This document shows, piece by piece, positions 14,301 through 26,396 of a stretch of 64,000 nucleotides of DNA; positions within the stretch are counted from its first letter, which is position 1; each line of letters opens with the position of its first letter. This stretch comes from Amoebophrya sp. A120. Lineage: Eukaryota > Protista > Dinoflagellata. The position numbers were made by a program, and so were the translations under genes. The DNA lies in assembly GCA_905178155.1 (NCBI GenBank), contig CAJINV010000002.1:3238515-3302514 (forward strand), written 5' to 3'. A model generated the notes under the pieces. That model was not told the origin of the DNA and did not search any database. It saw nothing but the letters and a program-made list of their open reading frames with translations.

Positions 14301-14666
14301 ATTATCCTGAGGAAAAACGTCCTCACCCCATAGTCACTACAGGAAATCTGCTACACAAATCCCTAAGGTGTGGCTGCCGCCCATGACAAATTTGGGCTCG
14401 TAATGTAGTTGTGTTTAGTTCGTGCAGCAGCATCACAGACCCTGTTTGTGATGCTGACTCGAGTATGAAAAATCTCAGATCACCACTCGAAAACGCCTCG
14501 CATGGATCTCCGCATGAGAAACATTTTAAGCATGCAGGTCTGCATTACGGGCGGGGACGTAGGACGTTTTTACACAGGATAGAAATACGATTTAGGAATT
14601 TGGTTCCCGGGAGAGGAAAAGACGGACGAAGACGACCGCAGAGCGGCGGCGGCCGGGGAGAAGTAA
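5359..14666 (+). CDS. Unknown ~1,531-aa protein, 21 exons; weak Tudor-like aromatic segment near the C-terminus
   Basis: Removing 20 introners (4712 nt) gives 1532 codons ending ...AAAGEK* (TAA 14664-14666). The Tudor-like call (FGEYYTGVI..IDEKNLTCRVEYGYDG) is by eye only. Confidence 0.65.
5796..6038. mobile_element. Introner, family A
   Basis: DR ACGGA. Confidence 0.9.
6519..6810. mobile_element. Introner, family H
   Basis: TIR with GTCTGGAAG; DR TCGAA. Confidence 0.9.
7388..7648. mobile_element. Introner, family H
   Basis: TIR TATCAAATGCAAA..TGTCTGGGTCTGGAAG; DR CTGGA/CTCGA. Confidence 0.9.
8202..8488. mobile_element. Introner, family F
   Basis: DR GGCCA/TGCCA. Confidence 0.9.
8824..9050. 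mobile_element. Introner, family C
   Basis: TIR TATGASAGTGCACAACTC; DR CGTTG. Confidence 0.9.
9130..9241. mobile_element. Introner, family I (112-bp near-complete hairpin)
   Basis: TIR TATCCAGGAAAAAACACCCATC; DR GTGGG. Confidence 0.9.
9275..9525. mobile_element. Introner, family H
   Basis: DR AGGAC. Confidence 0.9.
9567..9783. mobile_element. Introner, family C (reverse orientation)
   Basis: DR GTGGC/CTGGC. Confidence 0.9.
10385..10604. mobile_element. Introner, family B
   Basis: DR AACAA. Confidence 0.85.
10659..10869. mobile_element. Introner, family J
   Basis: TIR TATCACGAGAARAAAGTGTTACAGTT; DR TGATG. Confidence 0.9.
11278..11544. mobile_element. Introner, family H
   Basis: DR AACCT. 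Confidence 0.9.
11590..11809. mobile_element. Introner, family C (reverse)
   Basis: DR AGCTG/AGCTC. Confidence 0.9.
11852..12159. mobile_element. Introner, family E (opposite orientation to 3196)
   Basis: DR ACTGA. Confidence 0.9.
12212..12465. mobile_element. Introner, family H
   Basis: DR AGACG/AAACA. Confidence 0.85.
12524..12700. mobile_element. Introner, family K
   Basis: TIR TATCCCMCAGAAAAA..GGCAGGTC; DR GCCGA/CCCGA. Confidence 0.9.
12754..12898. mobile_element. Introner, family B
   Basis: DR AAGGG. Confidence 0.9.
13431..13585. mobile_element. Introner, family B
   Basis: DR CCAGT/GCAGT. Confidence 0.85.
13663..13878. mobile_element. Introner, family L
   Basis: DR CGCGG (extends to 13 nt); homologous to 43037. 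Confidence 0.85.
13914..14183. mobile_element. Degenerate introner, family C
   Basis: DR CATTG/GACTG. Confidence 0.75.
14303..14581. mobile_element. Introner, family F
   Basis: DR GAAAT. Confidence 0.9.
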
Positions 14667-15311
14667 GGAAATAGGACGTGGTGGTGTCTGTGGAATTGTT
14701 GTTCCACACGTATCTAGTACTAGATACGTGGTGATCGCAGATGAAATTTTGATTTTCTGATGCGATGAGCTCAAAATCTAAACTCGAATTTGACTCCTTT
14801 CAGCCACCGCCAAAGGCAGCTAGCACCAGATAAAGGCTGCGTACTTTAAGATTTGATTTTGAAGAAGGTCCAGTTTCCAAGAAAGATAAAAAACTATGAG
14901 AATGAGCACCAGCATTTTTACTAGCTGCAGCTGCCATCTATCGAGCAAAAGCTTAATCGGCGTCGAGGTATTGCTTTCTCGGTGTGTCGAAGTGGGGTCG
15001 GGAAGTGGGAAGATGCTGAGTGCTACCCCGGCATTTTTTCGATTCAAAGCGATCACCTCTTTCTCGTTGCAAAGTCAGTCTTGGTCGGTTCTTTCGTTGT
15101 GTTTCTGCGGAGCAGGAGACACGCTTTTGTGCAGAGTGTCAAATCTAAAGTGCTGTTGCGTAATGTGTCAAAGTTCGCTTGCATTGCGATTGGCCAAAGA
15201 TCCTATAATTTTTTTACCTTTTCCACCCGTTGCAGCCAAAATCTCTCGCGGCGGCAAATTTTCTCTCAAAAACTTCAAATCAAGACTGTTGGAGAAATAA
15301 ACGCTTCAAAA

Positions 15312-18300
15312 ATGCGCCCAAGACTCCCTCTCGTCCTGCTAGCGGCAGGTAGTTCAACAACATCTGCCAATGCCGCAAACCCGATTCGCAGGATTGTGAC
15401 CCTGCTGCAAGACATGGAGAAAGAGCTGCAAAACGAGGTCACGGAGGAGAGGAAAATGTACGCTAAGTATGAGTGCTACTGCAAGCAAAACGACGGTGCG
15501 CTGAGCTCTCAAGCAGCCGAGGCGATGGCCGAGCGGGACAAGCAAAGCCAGATCGAAGAGCAGAAAAAGGGCGAGAAGAAACGATTGGCCGAGGAGCTGA
15601 TTCAGCACAAGAAGGACCGGGAAGCAGCGAAAAAAGTTTTGGCGGTAACGATCGAGACGGAGAAGGAACGGGTAAAGGCGTTCGAGGCAGAGCACTCGGA
15701 GTATCCATCGCACAAATTTCCTTATTCTCGTCGCATGCCTGTACAGCGGCAAGAAAAATTTAAAAACTTATTTGCCTGCCAATGAAACATGAGACTTAAG
15801 TTTTGATACGGCAGGGTCAGATTTAGACTTAGTGTCATGCAAATAAAATTTTCGCGTGTTCTGGTAGGAAAATTTTCTGTGGATACGCTGTATTTAGATA
15901 CGATCCGGGCGATGGAGGCCGCTATTAAGGCGCTCTCAAAGGGCATGGGGAAGACAGCGTTCCTGCAAAGCGCAGTCGCATCAAAGTTGAAGAAGGTTAT
16001 GCAGGTACTGATAGAACTCATTCTACGCTGTTTTTTTTTAAATTTTTCGGCTTTCAGTTTCAGTTTCTTCATTAAAAGAATGATCGCCTGACAAGAAAGA
16101 GTTTCCCGCGTCCGAAGCTGCTTGCGGCGAAGTTGATGTGGCGCAGCTCCAGCTGCAATCGGGTACTTACGCATGTTGACAGAAAGTAGACTTTCTCATG
16201 TGTAATTCGCATCGAGATGAAAAAAGTGAAAATTTAAAACCTCAGTCTCCGCTCCTGTCGCAGTCTTCCTACAACCAGCTACACCAGGACGAGGACAACC
16301 AACGGGCAGTTTTTTCCTTCCTCAACAAGGATTACGCCCCGGCATCCGGCGAGATTGTCGGCATTCTGAAGCAGATATGGTGTGCAAATAAAGTATCGCA
16401 CTCGTATAAATGCAAGATTTGCATTTACAAATCTTTTTCTTAAGACAAATCCGCATGACAAAATCCATTTCTCATGCTAAGGAAATTTGTATTGCAATTT
16501 ATAGTAGTGCGATGCTTTTGCATTGCATAGCAGATGCTGGATCAGATGAACGAAGACATGGGCGGCGCCCTGGAAGAGGACAAGAAGGCGAAGGCCACTT
16601 ACCACCAGTATCAAATGCAAAAATGTCTGGGTCTGGAACAAAGCAACTTGTCATGCTAAATCTGAATCATAGAAAAATCTGTGTTGCGTGATTACCAAAA
16701 GCTGCTCACTTTTGACCTAATCGAGAGACTGTTTCTCATGCAGGATAGACATGATAGAACCCTCACAGAATCTGTCATGCTATGTCCTAGTACATACCAG
16801 ACCTCATGGGTTATGGAAAACCTGCATGACAAGTCTGGCACTCTTCCAGACCCAGACACTTTTACATTTGATAACCAGATGAAGACCGCGAAAGAGCAGG
16901 AGATTGCCGCCCTGTCGCAAATATGGATTGCAAAAGTGTCTGGGTCTGGAAAGTTGGAACTTGTAAAGCTGGTCTTGCATAATTGATTCCTGTGAAATCT
17001 GTATTGCATGACCAAGAACAGTGGTGGCCCCTTAGGTCATACAAAAACGCACTTTCTCACGCGGAGTTCGTATGAGAAGGCGTGCTGCAATCTTGTCATG
17101 CTTGCCTGCATAAGGAAGTGACTTCCTCTTGCACATTTTAGCATCACAAAATTCACTATGCCGTTCCGGAGCCTGTGGAGGCTTGCCTCCTCAGCTATGC
17201 TGGACAATGGCAATGTCGGTGCGGTTGTTTTAGCATCACAAATTTCCAGACCCAGACATTTTTACATTTGATAGCAAATGATCGAGGAGAAGACCGAGTT
17301 GAAAGGGAAAGTCGGCGTCGAGATCGTCCAGGCGATGAAGGCGAAAGAGGACGCCATTGCCCAGCTCGGCGACGCGCAGGCGTTTTTGGTGAAGTTGAAG
17401 GAAATGTGCGGCGACAAAAAGGACGAGTTCGCAATCCGGGCGGACGATGCGCAGAAGGAGATTTCCGCGATCCAGGAGGCCGTTGTGGTTCTGAACGGCG
17501 ATGATTCGCTGGACATCTTCAAAAAAGCGGACCCACGAGCGCTGCTTTTACAACAGCCGTCCGACAGCAACAAGGTTTCCTTTTTGCAGAAGGGCACATC
17601 CCTCCAGGCGCAGTCTTTTACCGTGAAAAAGCTCGTGCAAATGCTGGACTCCCTGATTGCGAAGATATCAAGTGCAAAAGTGTCTGGGTCTGCAAGGATT
17701 GAACCTGTGATGCGCATTTCAGAACACACTAAAATCTCTCAAGCATAGGTAGCAAAAGCTACTCACTTTCTGTCACCCAAATGGGGGATTTGTCATGCGG
17801 GTTCGGCATTGCGGAAGCCTCTCGAAACCTGTAATGCTCGAGCTTCCATGCCAGACCCTCTGTGTCATGCAGAGACAGCATGACTCTTCCAGACCCAGAC
17901 ATTTTTACATTTGATAGAAGAGCAGGGCGAACAAAAGCATGAACAAGGCCTTGTCCCTGCTCGCCCTCACCGCCAAATCGGAGCTGAAGCAGCAGTCGAA
18001 ATCTAAAGCGGGTGTGGACTTCTCGATATCATGTGCAAAAGTATCGTGTACTCGCACTAATTGCAAATATGCATGACAAATCTCCTTCCTAAGGTAAAAC
18101 AGCATAACAGATTGCGTTCGTTATGCTGAGGACATTTGTAATGCAATTCATGCTAGTGCGATTCTTTTGTATTGCATACTCGAAAGTCATTACCATGATC
18201 GACGAGATGGTGGAATTGCTGAAGTCCGAAGCCGCCAACGACCTCTATGGCGTTCTCAAATGTTACATTCTCAACTGTTACATGAATTTGCAATGCAAGA

Positions 18301-21300
18301 ACGACGAGAGTGAAAGGGGGAAGATTGCGCCTTTTGCATTACAAATTTGGCACAGAGTTAGATGCTGTTTAGCCCTTCGGATATTTGTCATGCGAAGCAG
18401 CTTAATCGTGGTGATCTTGGCGGCAAATTTGCATGACAAATCATGTAACAGCTGAGAATGTAACAGTTGAGAACGCCATAACCTCCATTCCCGGGACGAC
18501 TGTAATGCGGACTTGACCATGAATGAGGCCGATACGAAGGAAACAAAACACAAGCTCACCGCCGAGCAAGAGAAGGTCGCAGAGATGACGGAATTGATCG
18601 CTGCCAAGGCCTACCAAATGCAAATGTGTCTGGGTCTCTCCGGAAGGTTGCAACTTGTGATGCTGTCGTGTTTGGATTCGAAAGAAATCTGTATTGCATG
18701 ACCAAAAAGGGGAGCGCAGTTTGTCGTGCTACGCGCAGAGGGCATTGATTTGTCATGTGGAGTAGGGAACAGGAAGGGTAGTTCTAAAAATCTGTGATGC
18801 TAGGGCATACATCACAGACAATCATGGCTCATGCGACATATGCATGACAAACCCGGAATATTAAACTTTCCAGACCCAGACATGTTTGCAATGCATAGGG
18901 CAAAGTTGATTGAGGAAAACACGGCGAACATTGCGGAGTCGATATGAAAGTGCACAGCTTCCCCTTTCCCTCATTTGTCATGCAAAATTCCAAATCAACC
19001 ATTTGCCTGTTAGCACTGTTTGCATGACAGATTCTGGAATGCAAAACAGCACTACAAGCAATCTGCTAGGTGGAATTTGTCATGCAAAAGCTGCATCTTT
19101 GCCAGCGCTTGTGTTGCTGTTCATGCAAGAACACAGATGGGGGGGGGAGGGGGAGTTTTGCACTTTCATAGTCGAAAAAGGCCGTGCAGGAGGCGACCGC
19201 GCAGCGGGAAAAGGAGAATGCGCAGTTCATCACGACAGTATAAACTGTAAAAATGTCTGGGTCTGGAAGATTGCAACTTGTCGTGCTCAATCCGAATCAT
19301 GCAAAAATCTGTGTTGCATGAGTGCCAAAAGCTGTCCACTTTCGACCAAGTTGGGAGGGAGTTTCGCATGCAGGATAGGCATGAAAGAGACCTGACAGAC
19401 TCTGTCATGCTACGCCCCGCATTCCAGACCTCAAGGGCCATGGAAAACCTGCATGACAAGTTCACACTCTTCCAGACCCAGACATTTTTGCATTTCATAG
19501 ACAGTGGACTTGAACAACTCTGCGATCCAGCTCATCGACAAGGCCATCATATGAATTGCAAATATGTCTGGGTCTGGAAGAATGCAACTTTTATTGCTGC
19601 GCTTGGACTCCAAAAAAATCTGTATTGCATGAGCAGTAAAGGGAACGCAATTTTTTCTATGCGGAGGGGGCATTTGTCATGCGGAATCGGCATCACGAAG
19701 CTCTCAAAAAATCTGTGATGCTGCGGCATGCATCACAGACAGCATGGCTCCTGGAAAACGTGCATGACAAGTCTCAGAATCTTCCCAGACCCACACATAT
19801 TTGCAATGTATACAGCAACGTGTTGAACAAGTACTACAACCCGCAACTGTACAAGGCCCCGAAGGAAAAAGAGCTCTTATCACACAGAAAAAAGCAGGCA
19901 GGGCACATTATTTGTGATGCAAAAATAGATACACAAAAAAATCTGTATTGCGTATCCTACTAAACAGCGAGCTACGGGGCCACCCATGACAGATTTTTCT
20001 GTATCTGTGTATCTATTTTGCATTACAAATTATTATGCCCCACCAGCTTCCTTTTTTCACTGGGATAGCTCACGGAGGAAGAAAAGATCCTGCAGGCCGA
20101 GGGCCAAGACATCGGGGAGACCACGGTCACTTCGAAAATCGCCGGCACGGATATCGACGCTGTATTGCTGCAGAAGCAGCACGCCTCAAGCTCCTTCCTG
20201 CAGATTCAGGTGTTTAGCGTTGGTTCGGCTTGGAGGTCCACGGGACACTGAGACAAATCAAATCACTTTCATCTTCAAGTTGTCCCTTGTGTATCTAAAG
20301 TTTCAGTAGGAGATCAAAGCAGAGTAAGACTAAGACTTTTATTCACTATATTGTCTGTTGGTGGAAGATTGAGTTGCAATTTTTAAAGTGCTTTAACTTC
20401 AGGGAATTTGAATTATGTACCAAACCACTACACAACAGTCCCGTCAAGTCGTAGATCCGACGGAAAGCGCCCCGGAGATCTTCGAATCTGCCCAGCGAAA
20501 GAATAAATCGGGGAAGTCCAACTCAGTGGTGGCTCTCCTTATGCATTATGCAAAAGTTGTGCCGTACTAGTTTGAATCGCTGGAGAAGTTTTTTAAGAAC
20601 AAATAAAGTTGTGCAATTTGAATTTGTGATGCCGTTCTTTATTCCCCTAAGAGTAAGAAGTGGGCGGGGGCATAGATCTGTCGTGGATGAGTGCGAAGAT
20701 CAGATAGTACGAGTGCGATCCTTTTGCAATGCATACTCCTGCGTATGCTGCAAAGCGACATCAAGAAGGACTCGGCCGCCGTATCAATTGCAAAAATGTC
20801 TGGGTCTGGAAGAATAAAAGATTTGTGATGCAGGTTTTCCAGGACCCATGAGGTCTGGAATGCGAGACCCAGCATGACAGATTCTTTGAGGTCTCTATCA
20901 TGCCGTTCGCGCATGAGAAACTCCCTCTCAACTTGGTCAAAAAGGGTCAGCTTATGGCACTCATGCAACACAGATTTCTGCATGATTCGGATTTAGCATG
21001 ACAAGTTGCAATCTTCCAGACCCAGACATTTTTACAATCCATATGCCGTCGAATCGGACGAAAAAGTCGCTGAGAAGGACTACGTGGGCTTGACCACCGA
21101 CGCCTTCAAACAACAGGCGGAGTAACGAAGACAAGAATTTACCTGTTATGCGCAAGATGCATGACACAAATACTTAGGAAAGATGAAAGAAAAGACTGTG
21201 ATGCTAAATACGGATGCAGGACGGTTTTGTCATGCAGAAGTATACATTCTATCGCATCTGCGAAAAATTATAAACGGTAAATTTCCTCTGCATATTCAGT

Positions 21301-21744
21301 GGGGCAAGTCCATCGCGGATGCCACGAGCGACAAAGCCAGCTACGAGGAAGAGCTGCAGAAAGCGGAAACCTACGAATTGCAAAAGTACCATGCTCTGGT
21401 TGGAAAACTTTTTGCATCACAAATTGAAATTTATTCAGCATGAAAGAAGACGGAATCCGAATTTCCCATGCCGATTTATTTGTACCAGGCATGATTCTTG
21501 TCATGCAAGATTGCAACTTAAAGATTGAACCGACGAGTTCGGTAGTACTTTTGTGCAGGAGAAAACCATGGCGTCGGTGAATGAACTAGAGCTGGAGAAC
21601 TTGGCTACAACCCTGCAAGAACTGCACGTGAAATGCGACTTCATCATCGCCCACTTTGAGGAGCGCAAGGCCGCCCGCGAGAGTGAGATCGACGGGCTGC
21701 ACCAGGCGAAGGGAGTCTTGGCTGGGGCGAGTTTTGAATTTTAA
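15312..21744 (+). CDS. Secreted coiled-coil protein of the dinoflagellate trichocyst-matrix-like type, ~746 aa, 19 exons
   Basis: Signal-like N-terminus MRPRLPLVLLAAG; NPIRRIVTLLQDM, repeated (A/S)FLQ motifs, YAPASGEIVGILKQM, LNKYYNPQLY, and C-terminal LHVKCDFIIAHFEERKAARESEIDGLHQAKGVLAGA. Removing 16 introners and 2 GT-AG introns gives 747 codons. Confidence 0.7.
15702..15885. mobile_element. Introner, family M
   Basis: TIR TATCCA...AAATTTCC; DR CGGAG/CGCTG. Confidence 0.8.
16005..16245 (+). other. Canonical GT-AG intron
   Basis: CAG|gtactg...ctcag|TCT restores the frame. Confidence 0.8.
16376..16529. mobile_element. Introner, family B
   Basis: DR GCAGA. Confidence 0.9.
16609..16873. mobile_element. 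Introner, family H
   Basis: DR ACCAG. Confidence 0.9.
16922..17273. mobile_element. Introner, family H (long variant)
   Basis: DR GCAAA. Confidence 0.9.
17666..17916. mobile_element. Introner, family H
   Basis: DR GAAGA; close copy at 36299. Confidence 0.9.
18027..18178. mobile_element. Introner, family B
   Basis: DR CTCGA. Confidence 0.9.
18246..18480. mobile_element. Introner, family A
   Basis: DR ACCTC. Confidence 0.9.
18612..18897. mobile_element. Introner, family H
   Basis: DR AGGCC/GGGCA. Confidence 0.85.
18943..19170. mobile_element. Introner, family C (reverse)
   Basis: DR GTCGA. Confidence 0.9.
19239..19499. mobile_element. Introner, family H
   Basis: DR GACAG. Confidence 0.9.
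19550..19812. mobile_element. Introner, family H
   Basis: DR CATCA/CAGCA. Confidence 0.9.
19878..20067. mobile_element. Introner, family K
   Basis: DR GCTCT/GCTCA. Confidence 0.9.
20210..20438 (+). other. Canonical GT-AG intron
   Basis: CAG|gtgttt...aacag|TCC restores the frame. Confidence 0.8.
20540..20735. mobile_element. Introner, family B
   Basis: DR CTCCT. Confidence 0.85.
20782..21043. mobile_element. Introner, family H
   Basis: DR CGCCG/TGCCG. Confidence 0.9.
21123..21294. mobile_element. Degenerate introner, family M
   Basis: Residual IR AATTTACC/GGTAAATT; DR CGGAG/TTCAG; in-frame TAA forces removal. Confidence 0.7.
21372..21562. mobile_element. Introner, family B
   Basis: DR AAACC. 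Confidence 0.85.
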
Positions 21745-22837
21745 AAAGCAACTCTAAAACGTTGTGGCTTTTATTTAGAAGAAAGTCTTTATATATAGCT
21801 TGAATTTTCTTTTCCCTTTTCCAAATGTTGGAAAGTCTTTTGTCCTCTCGTTTCACGAATTTTTTAGCACTTTAAAAATACTGGCAAGATTTTCCAACAA
21901 CTCTAATGCTTCAGGATCAGCATTATACTCTTCAAACCATTTTATATTTACGTATTGACATCAGCAAAGAGAAAACAACAACTAGAATAGTATCAAGCAA
22001 AGAACGTAGGGTCATTTGATCTGTAGTTGGCGCGCAGAAGAAGTAGGATTGATTCTCTGCAGGTGCTGCGCCGTCGATGTATGATGTACTACTTCAGACC
22101 AGCGTTATGGTTGAAGCGTTTTTTCTCCACCGTCAGCACAGAATGTGGCGCTTGTGTACAACGACGTGAGACAGATTAGAAGAGGACACGCTGTTTTGAA
22201 ATAGTGGTGTAAACGTATAGAAGAGGACTGCAACTATTCTTTTCTTTCAGCATGGAAGGGAGATGAAAATTTTGGTTTGGAGATGGCGGATGTATGATTC
22301 GCTCCCGCTTTTGCCTTTGCCCTCGTAGGACGGGCATTTCAATAAATGCAAACGCCGGTGCTTCGTATTTACAACTAGAAAGTCGTTGTCGTGGTAATCT
22401 TCTCGTCGTATATATCCAAGCCGAAAGAAGTTCTCGTGGCAAGAGAGATTTATGTTTTGTCGGGGAGATGAATGAAACTGCGGAGCTGCGAGCAAATGAA
22501 GAATATCGTTTGTAGAGAACAAGTTTGAGTGATTTGAGTCTCGTCTGGTCGTGATTGTTGTCTCGAGCAAGCTCCGTAGCAGGGTCGTTGACCAGAAGGA
22601 TGTTTTCAGAATCCTGCAGAACAACACGACAAACTTGAGTAATTCTCAGTTGCTGTTGTGGTAGAAGCACCGGTATTAAGAGCACCTCTATGGGGTAGTG
22701 TCTAGCTAGATATTGACGTGGAATAGTAAGTCGTATACAGACGTAGAAAAAAAAATAAACAAACTCATAGTCGCTAGTACAACAGTGACAGGCTACTAAA
22801 GAAACTGGATTGTATCAGTTGATAAGTCACCTCCACC

Positions 22838-25298
22838 ATGGGTGGCCTCATCGCCAAGTACTGTCCTACGCGGTTTGGCCCCGCCGACGACAACGCGCCA
22901 GGGCGGAAGCTGGCCAAATTCTGTCTACACGGCGATGAACAGCTCGGGCAGGATGCGCACGAGGCGCTCAAGAGTAGCAACCAAATGTCCCTGATAACCG
23001 ACGACTTCGTAAGCGGCATGGCGGACGGAAAGATGATATCAAATGCAAAAGTGTCTGGGTCTGGAATTTTGCCGGGTTTGTCATGCAGATTTTGCATGAC
23101 CCAGAATGTCTGTAATGCATGACCTAGCATCACAGATTTGTAGAGGGCTTCCGGATGCCTAATCCGCATGACAAATGCCCTCCCCGCGTAGCACAAACTA
23201 GACGCCTCTTGCTGATCATGCAATACAGATTTTTTTGGAGTCCGGAGGTAGCATCACAAGCTCCAACCTTCCAGACCCAGACATTTTTGCATTTGATAGA
23301 TGATCGACGGAAACATCATGATGACATCCTTGAACGGGTTGTTTGACAAAGCGGAGGGGGATGCGCAGCGATGCCCGGTGATGATTGCACGGTACCTACA
23401 CGACCACAAGGACACGAAGAGGAAGTTCGGGAACGACTCGATGTATTCCGTGCAGAAGTTAGGGGTAGCTCAGGATACGCCCGACCAGGTCATGACCGAT
23501 TGCTGGAACGAGTTAAAGCAGCTGGATTTCCAGGGCGTGGAAAAGAATTCGGACGGATACCCACGAAAAAAACCATCCCCACCCAATTTGTCATGCAAAA
23601 CATGATGCACTAAGACTAAGTCCAAATCATTGTTTGTCATGCAGAAAATCGGTGAGGATGGGTATCTATTTTTCCCTGCATAACGGAACCGAAGCGAAGG
23701 AGGGCATGCAGAGCGCAACCTCTTCGACGGGCAGAGCAGTAGGAGGTATGATGAATCGGTTTCGCGGAAATAAAGGCGGGGCCGCGAAGGGCTCTACCGA
23801 TTGGACGAGTTCAACATCAGCTTCTGCGGCCGCGTTGGAAATCGAGGGCGACGGTGTGACGAAGCAGAGCAGTAGTAAAATAAACGAGGAGCAGCTCATC
23901 GCAAGAAAAACACTTTCATCTTCCTCTGATGAAGAAAAATCCTCGTCCACGGAAAGAACCCAGATGAACAAGAAGAAACTACCGGGCGACAAGAAGGTTA
24001 ATGCGGACTACGAACAGAAACAACCAGCCACGTCCAGTGGCGGTCCCAGCACTTCTTCTAAACATGGTCCCCCAGTTGTGGCAGCTGATGTGGAAAAACA
24101 AAAACAACTGCAATCTTCCTCTGCCCTCGAGATCGTCGGGATCCCAACCCCAGCAGCATCTCCGGAAGAAAAGAAACCGGGTGGAGGAAAGAAGAAGATG
24201 CTTCGACGGGAGGAGAAAAACAAGAAGAGCGAAGAAGAAATCAAAGTGCCAGAAGAACACGTAAAAATGGTTCCGTCTGAAGTAGAAGGAAAATCAGTCT
24301 CTTCGTCTTTCCACAACTTCTTCTCCCGCCCAACAGCAATTGCGCAGAAAAGCTTCGACCAATTGGTTCCGTCCGTGAACGCGATAAATGTATTCGCGCA
24401 CGAGCACAAATTCGAAGTCTTTTCCATTGCCGGAATCTTCCTGTTCTTCGTGTTGAAGCGAGTGCTGTGTGGTTCTTGTTTCAAGAAGTTGAGTAGCAAT
24501 AACAACTTTTCCGGAGGAGAGGACCAGCAAAAGTGGCACCTGATCAACGTGGTTCGCGGGGGTTTTCTTCCGCTACCAGCTTATGGCGCCTTAAACAGCA
24601 GCAGCAGCAGTAGTTCTTTCGGCGCGGATGAATTCGAGGAAGACTTGAGCTCCATGGTGGACGAGGACGATTTAGATTTTATGCGTTGCAAAAGCAACTG
24701 TAACGCTCCTGCTGTATAAATTGCATGACAAATTGTGGCAAGAAGAAAAGTGTAACTTGTAGTGTTGTTTTGCCTTGGAATGAAGATTTGTCATGCGTAC
24801 TTATTTGCAATTAGTACGAGTGCGATACTTTTGCACAGCATAGATTTAGAAAATCAGCAATTTTACTCCAGCAGTGGTTGCAGTACTGCGAGCTCGACCA
24901 GGAGCGGCGGTCATGGAGCTCCTCGGGGGACGAACTACTACAACTCTTCTTCTTCTTCTGCCTTTATTTCCGACAAAAATAATACCAGCCCAAACTCGTC
25001 CTCGCGTCCAAGTTCCGCCGTCATCCGGGGCACCACGATCGGGGTGGGGAAGTTGAGTCGTGCTGGGGAGAAGGATTTGTTTCTCGTCGCTGGTGGTTTG
25101 TCAGGAACAAGTGATGCATACAATTTGCAAGAACAACGCCAGGACCACGCAGCTGTGGCAACATCCTCTCTAGACCGGTGGATTTCGGACGAGGACTCCA
25201 TTTCCAGCCTCGATTACCAGTTTTACGACAAAGAGACCGTCTGCTACTACGCGGACAAGGCAACGGGCAGGATGGACAAGAACGCATCTACGGTCTAG
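22838..25298 (+). CDS. Unknown ~631-aa protein with one putative transmembrane helix, 4 exons; start uncertain
   Basis: Removing 3 introners gives 632 codons. Hydrophobic stretch VFSIAGIFLFFVL followed by KR. Confidence 0.6.
23037..23298. mobile_element. Introner, family H
   Basis: DR GATGA. Confidence 0.9.
23558..23682. mobile_element. Introner, family I
   Basis: Left end TACCCACGAAAAAAACCATCCCC; DR ACGGA. Confidence 0.85.
24680..24842. mobile_element. Introner, family B
   Basis: DR GATTT. Confidence 0.85.
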
Positions 25299-26396
25299 AA
25301 AGAAATCCCTATATTTTTCCAGCAGGAGCAGGAGGTGCGAGGGCATAAATTATTTCTAAATCACGAGAATAAAGAAGGGGTAGGACAACAAGATCGGTCC
25401 ATGCAAAAATAAGTGGCCCGACGCCAGGAAGTAATTCCAGGGATCAATCTCAGGATGCAAATAAACCTAGTTTCTAGAGGTAGAGAGCATTGTGGTGGAT
25501 TTAAAGAATGGCTTCTGTTTATCTACTTGTGAGCAAATCCACTCTATGTGTTGAGCAGCGTTAGTACCCGGTTTCAAAAAACTTGCTTCAATTTTCGATT
25601 GCAGATTATTTCTAAACGACGTTTCTATTCTCTTGTAAACACGAAAATTAATATCAGAAAATTTTCTACCCTTTATCACGTTTTATGCTTTCAGTTGTAA
25701 TTGTATACTCCATCCTCAGCTCCTCACCAGCGCACTAGTAAGATAGAAATGCAATTAAAAAGCAGGACCCTGTTATTACCAACTGTACCTGTAGCCAAAA
25801 GTAAGATGAAATTCAGCCTGCGCGTGGTACAAACTTGTGAAAGTTCAAAATCTAAATTTGATGAATGATAAAGACAATTGTGACAACAGCCTGTACACCA
25901 AAATGTAGATGACCGAAGCGAAAATGTTGAAAATAGTGGCGAGGATCAAGATGCCTAGTCATGTGCTAGGTATGAATGTGTAATCTCTTGATGGTCTTTT
26001 TCACAGCGTTCGAAATGCAATGAGAGAGATGCACGACGAGGATGGTACAGCTCGATCGGTCTTGTTATATGTTTCTGAAAAGGAAGAGGAAAATGAGCAA
26101 GCTGCGATCAACAGATGTGCTGATACTAATTGAAGTTCAAAATTTAAAGATCACGCTAGCCGTTGAAAAATTTCGTGATCACGGAAAACCGAAATTGATC
26201 AGGAGGATCTACTTCTGACCATGTGCCCACTGTGCCCGAAGGGAATGATCACAGCACCACTTGATGATGTCAGTAGCTCATTACAAAACCTTTGCACACG
26301 ACGACCTTTCTCAACCTCTCAACACCAAACAGGGACCCAGAGAATTCTGACTTGTCAGGAGTCACACCTTAACACACACAAAAACTCCTCTTCAAA

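Noticed and set aside
22684-22833. Possible introner upstream of gene 4 (ACCTC repeat, TATGG start)
   Set aside because: No TIR, no internal motif, and the joined frame hits a stop shortly upstream.
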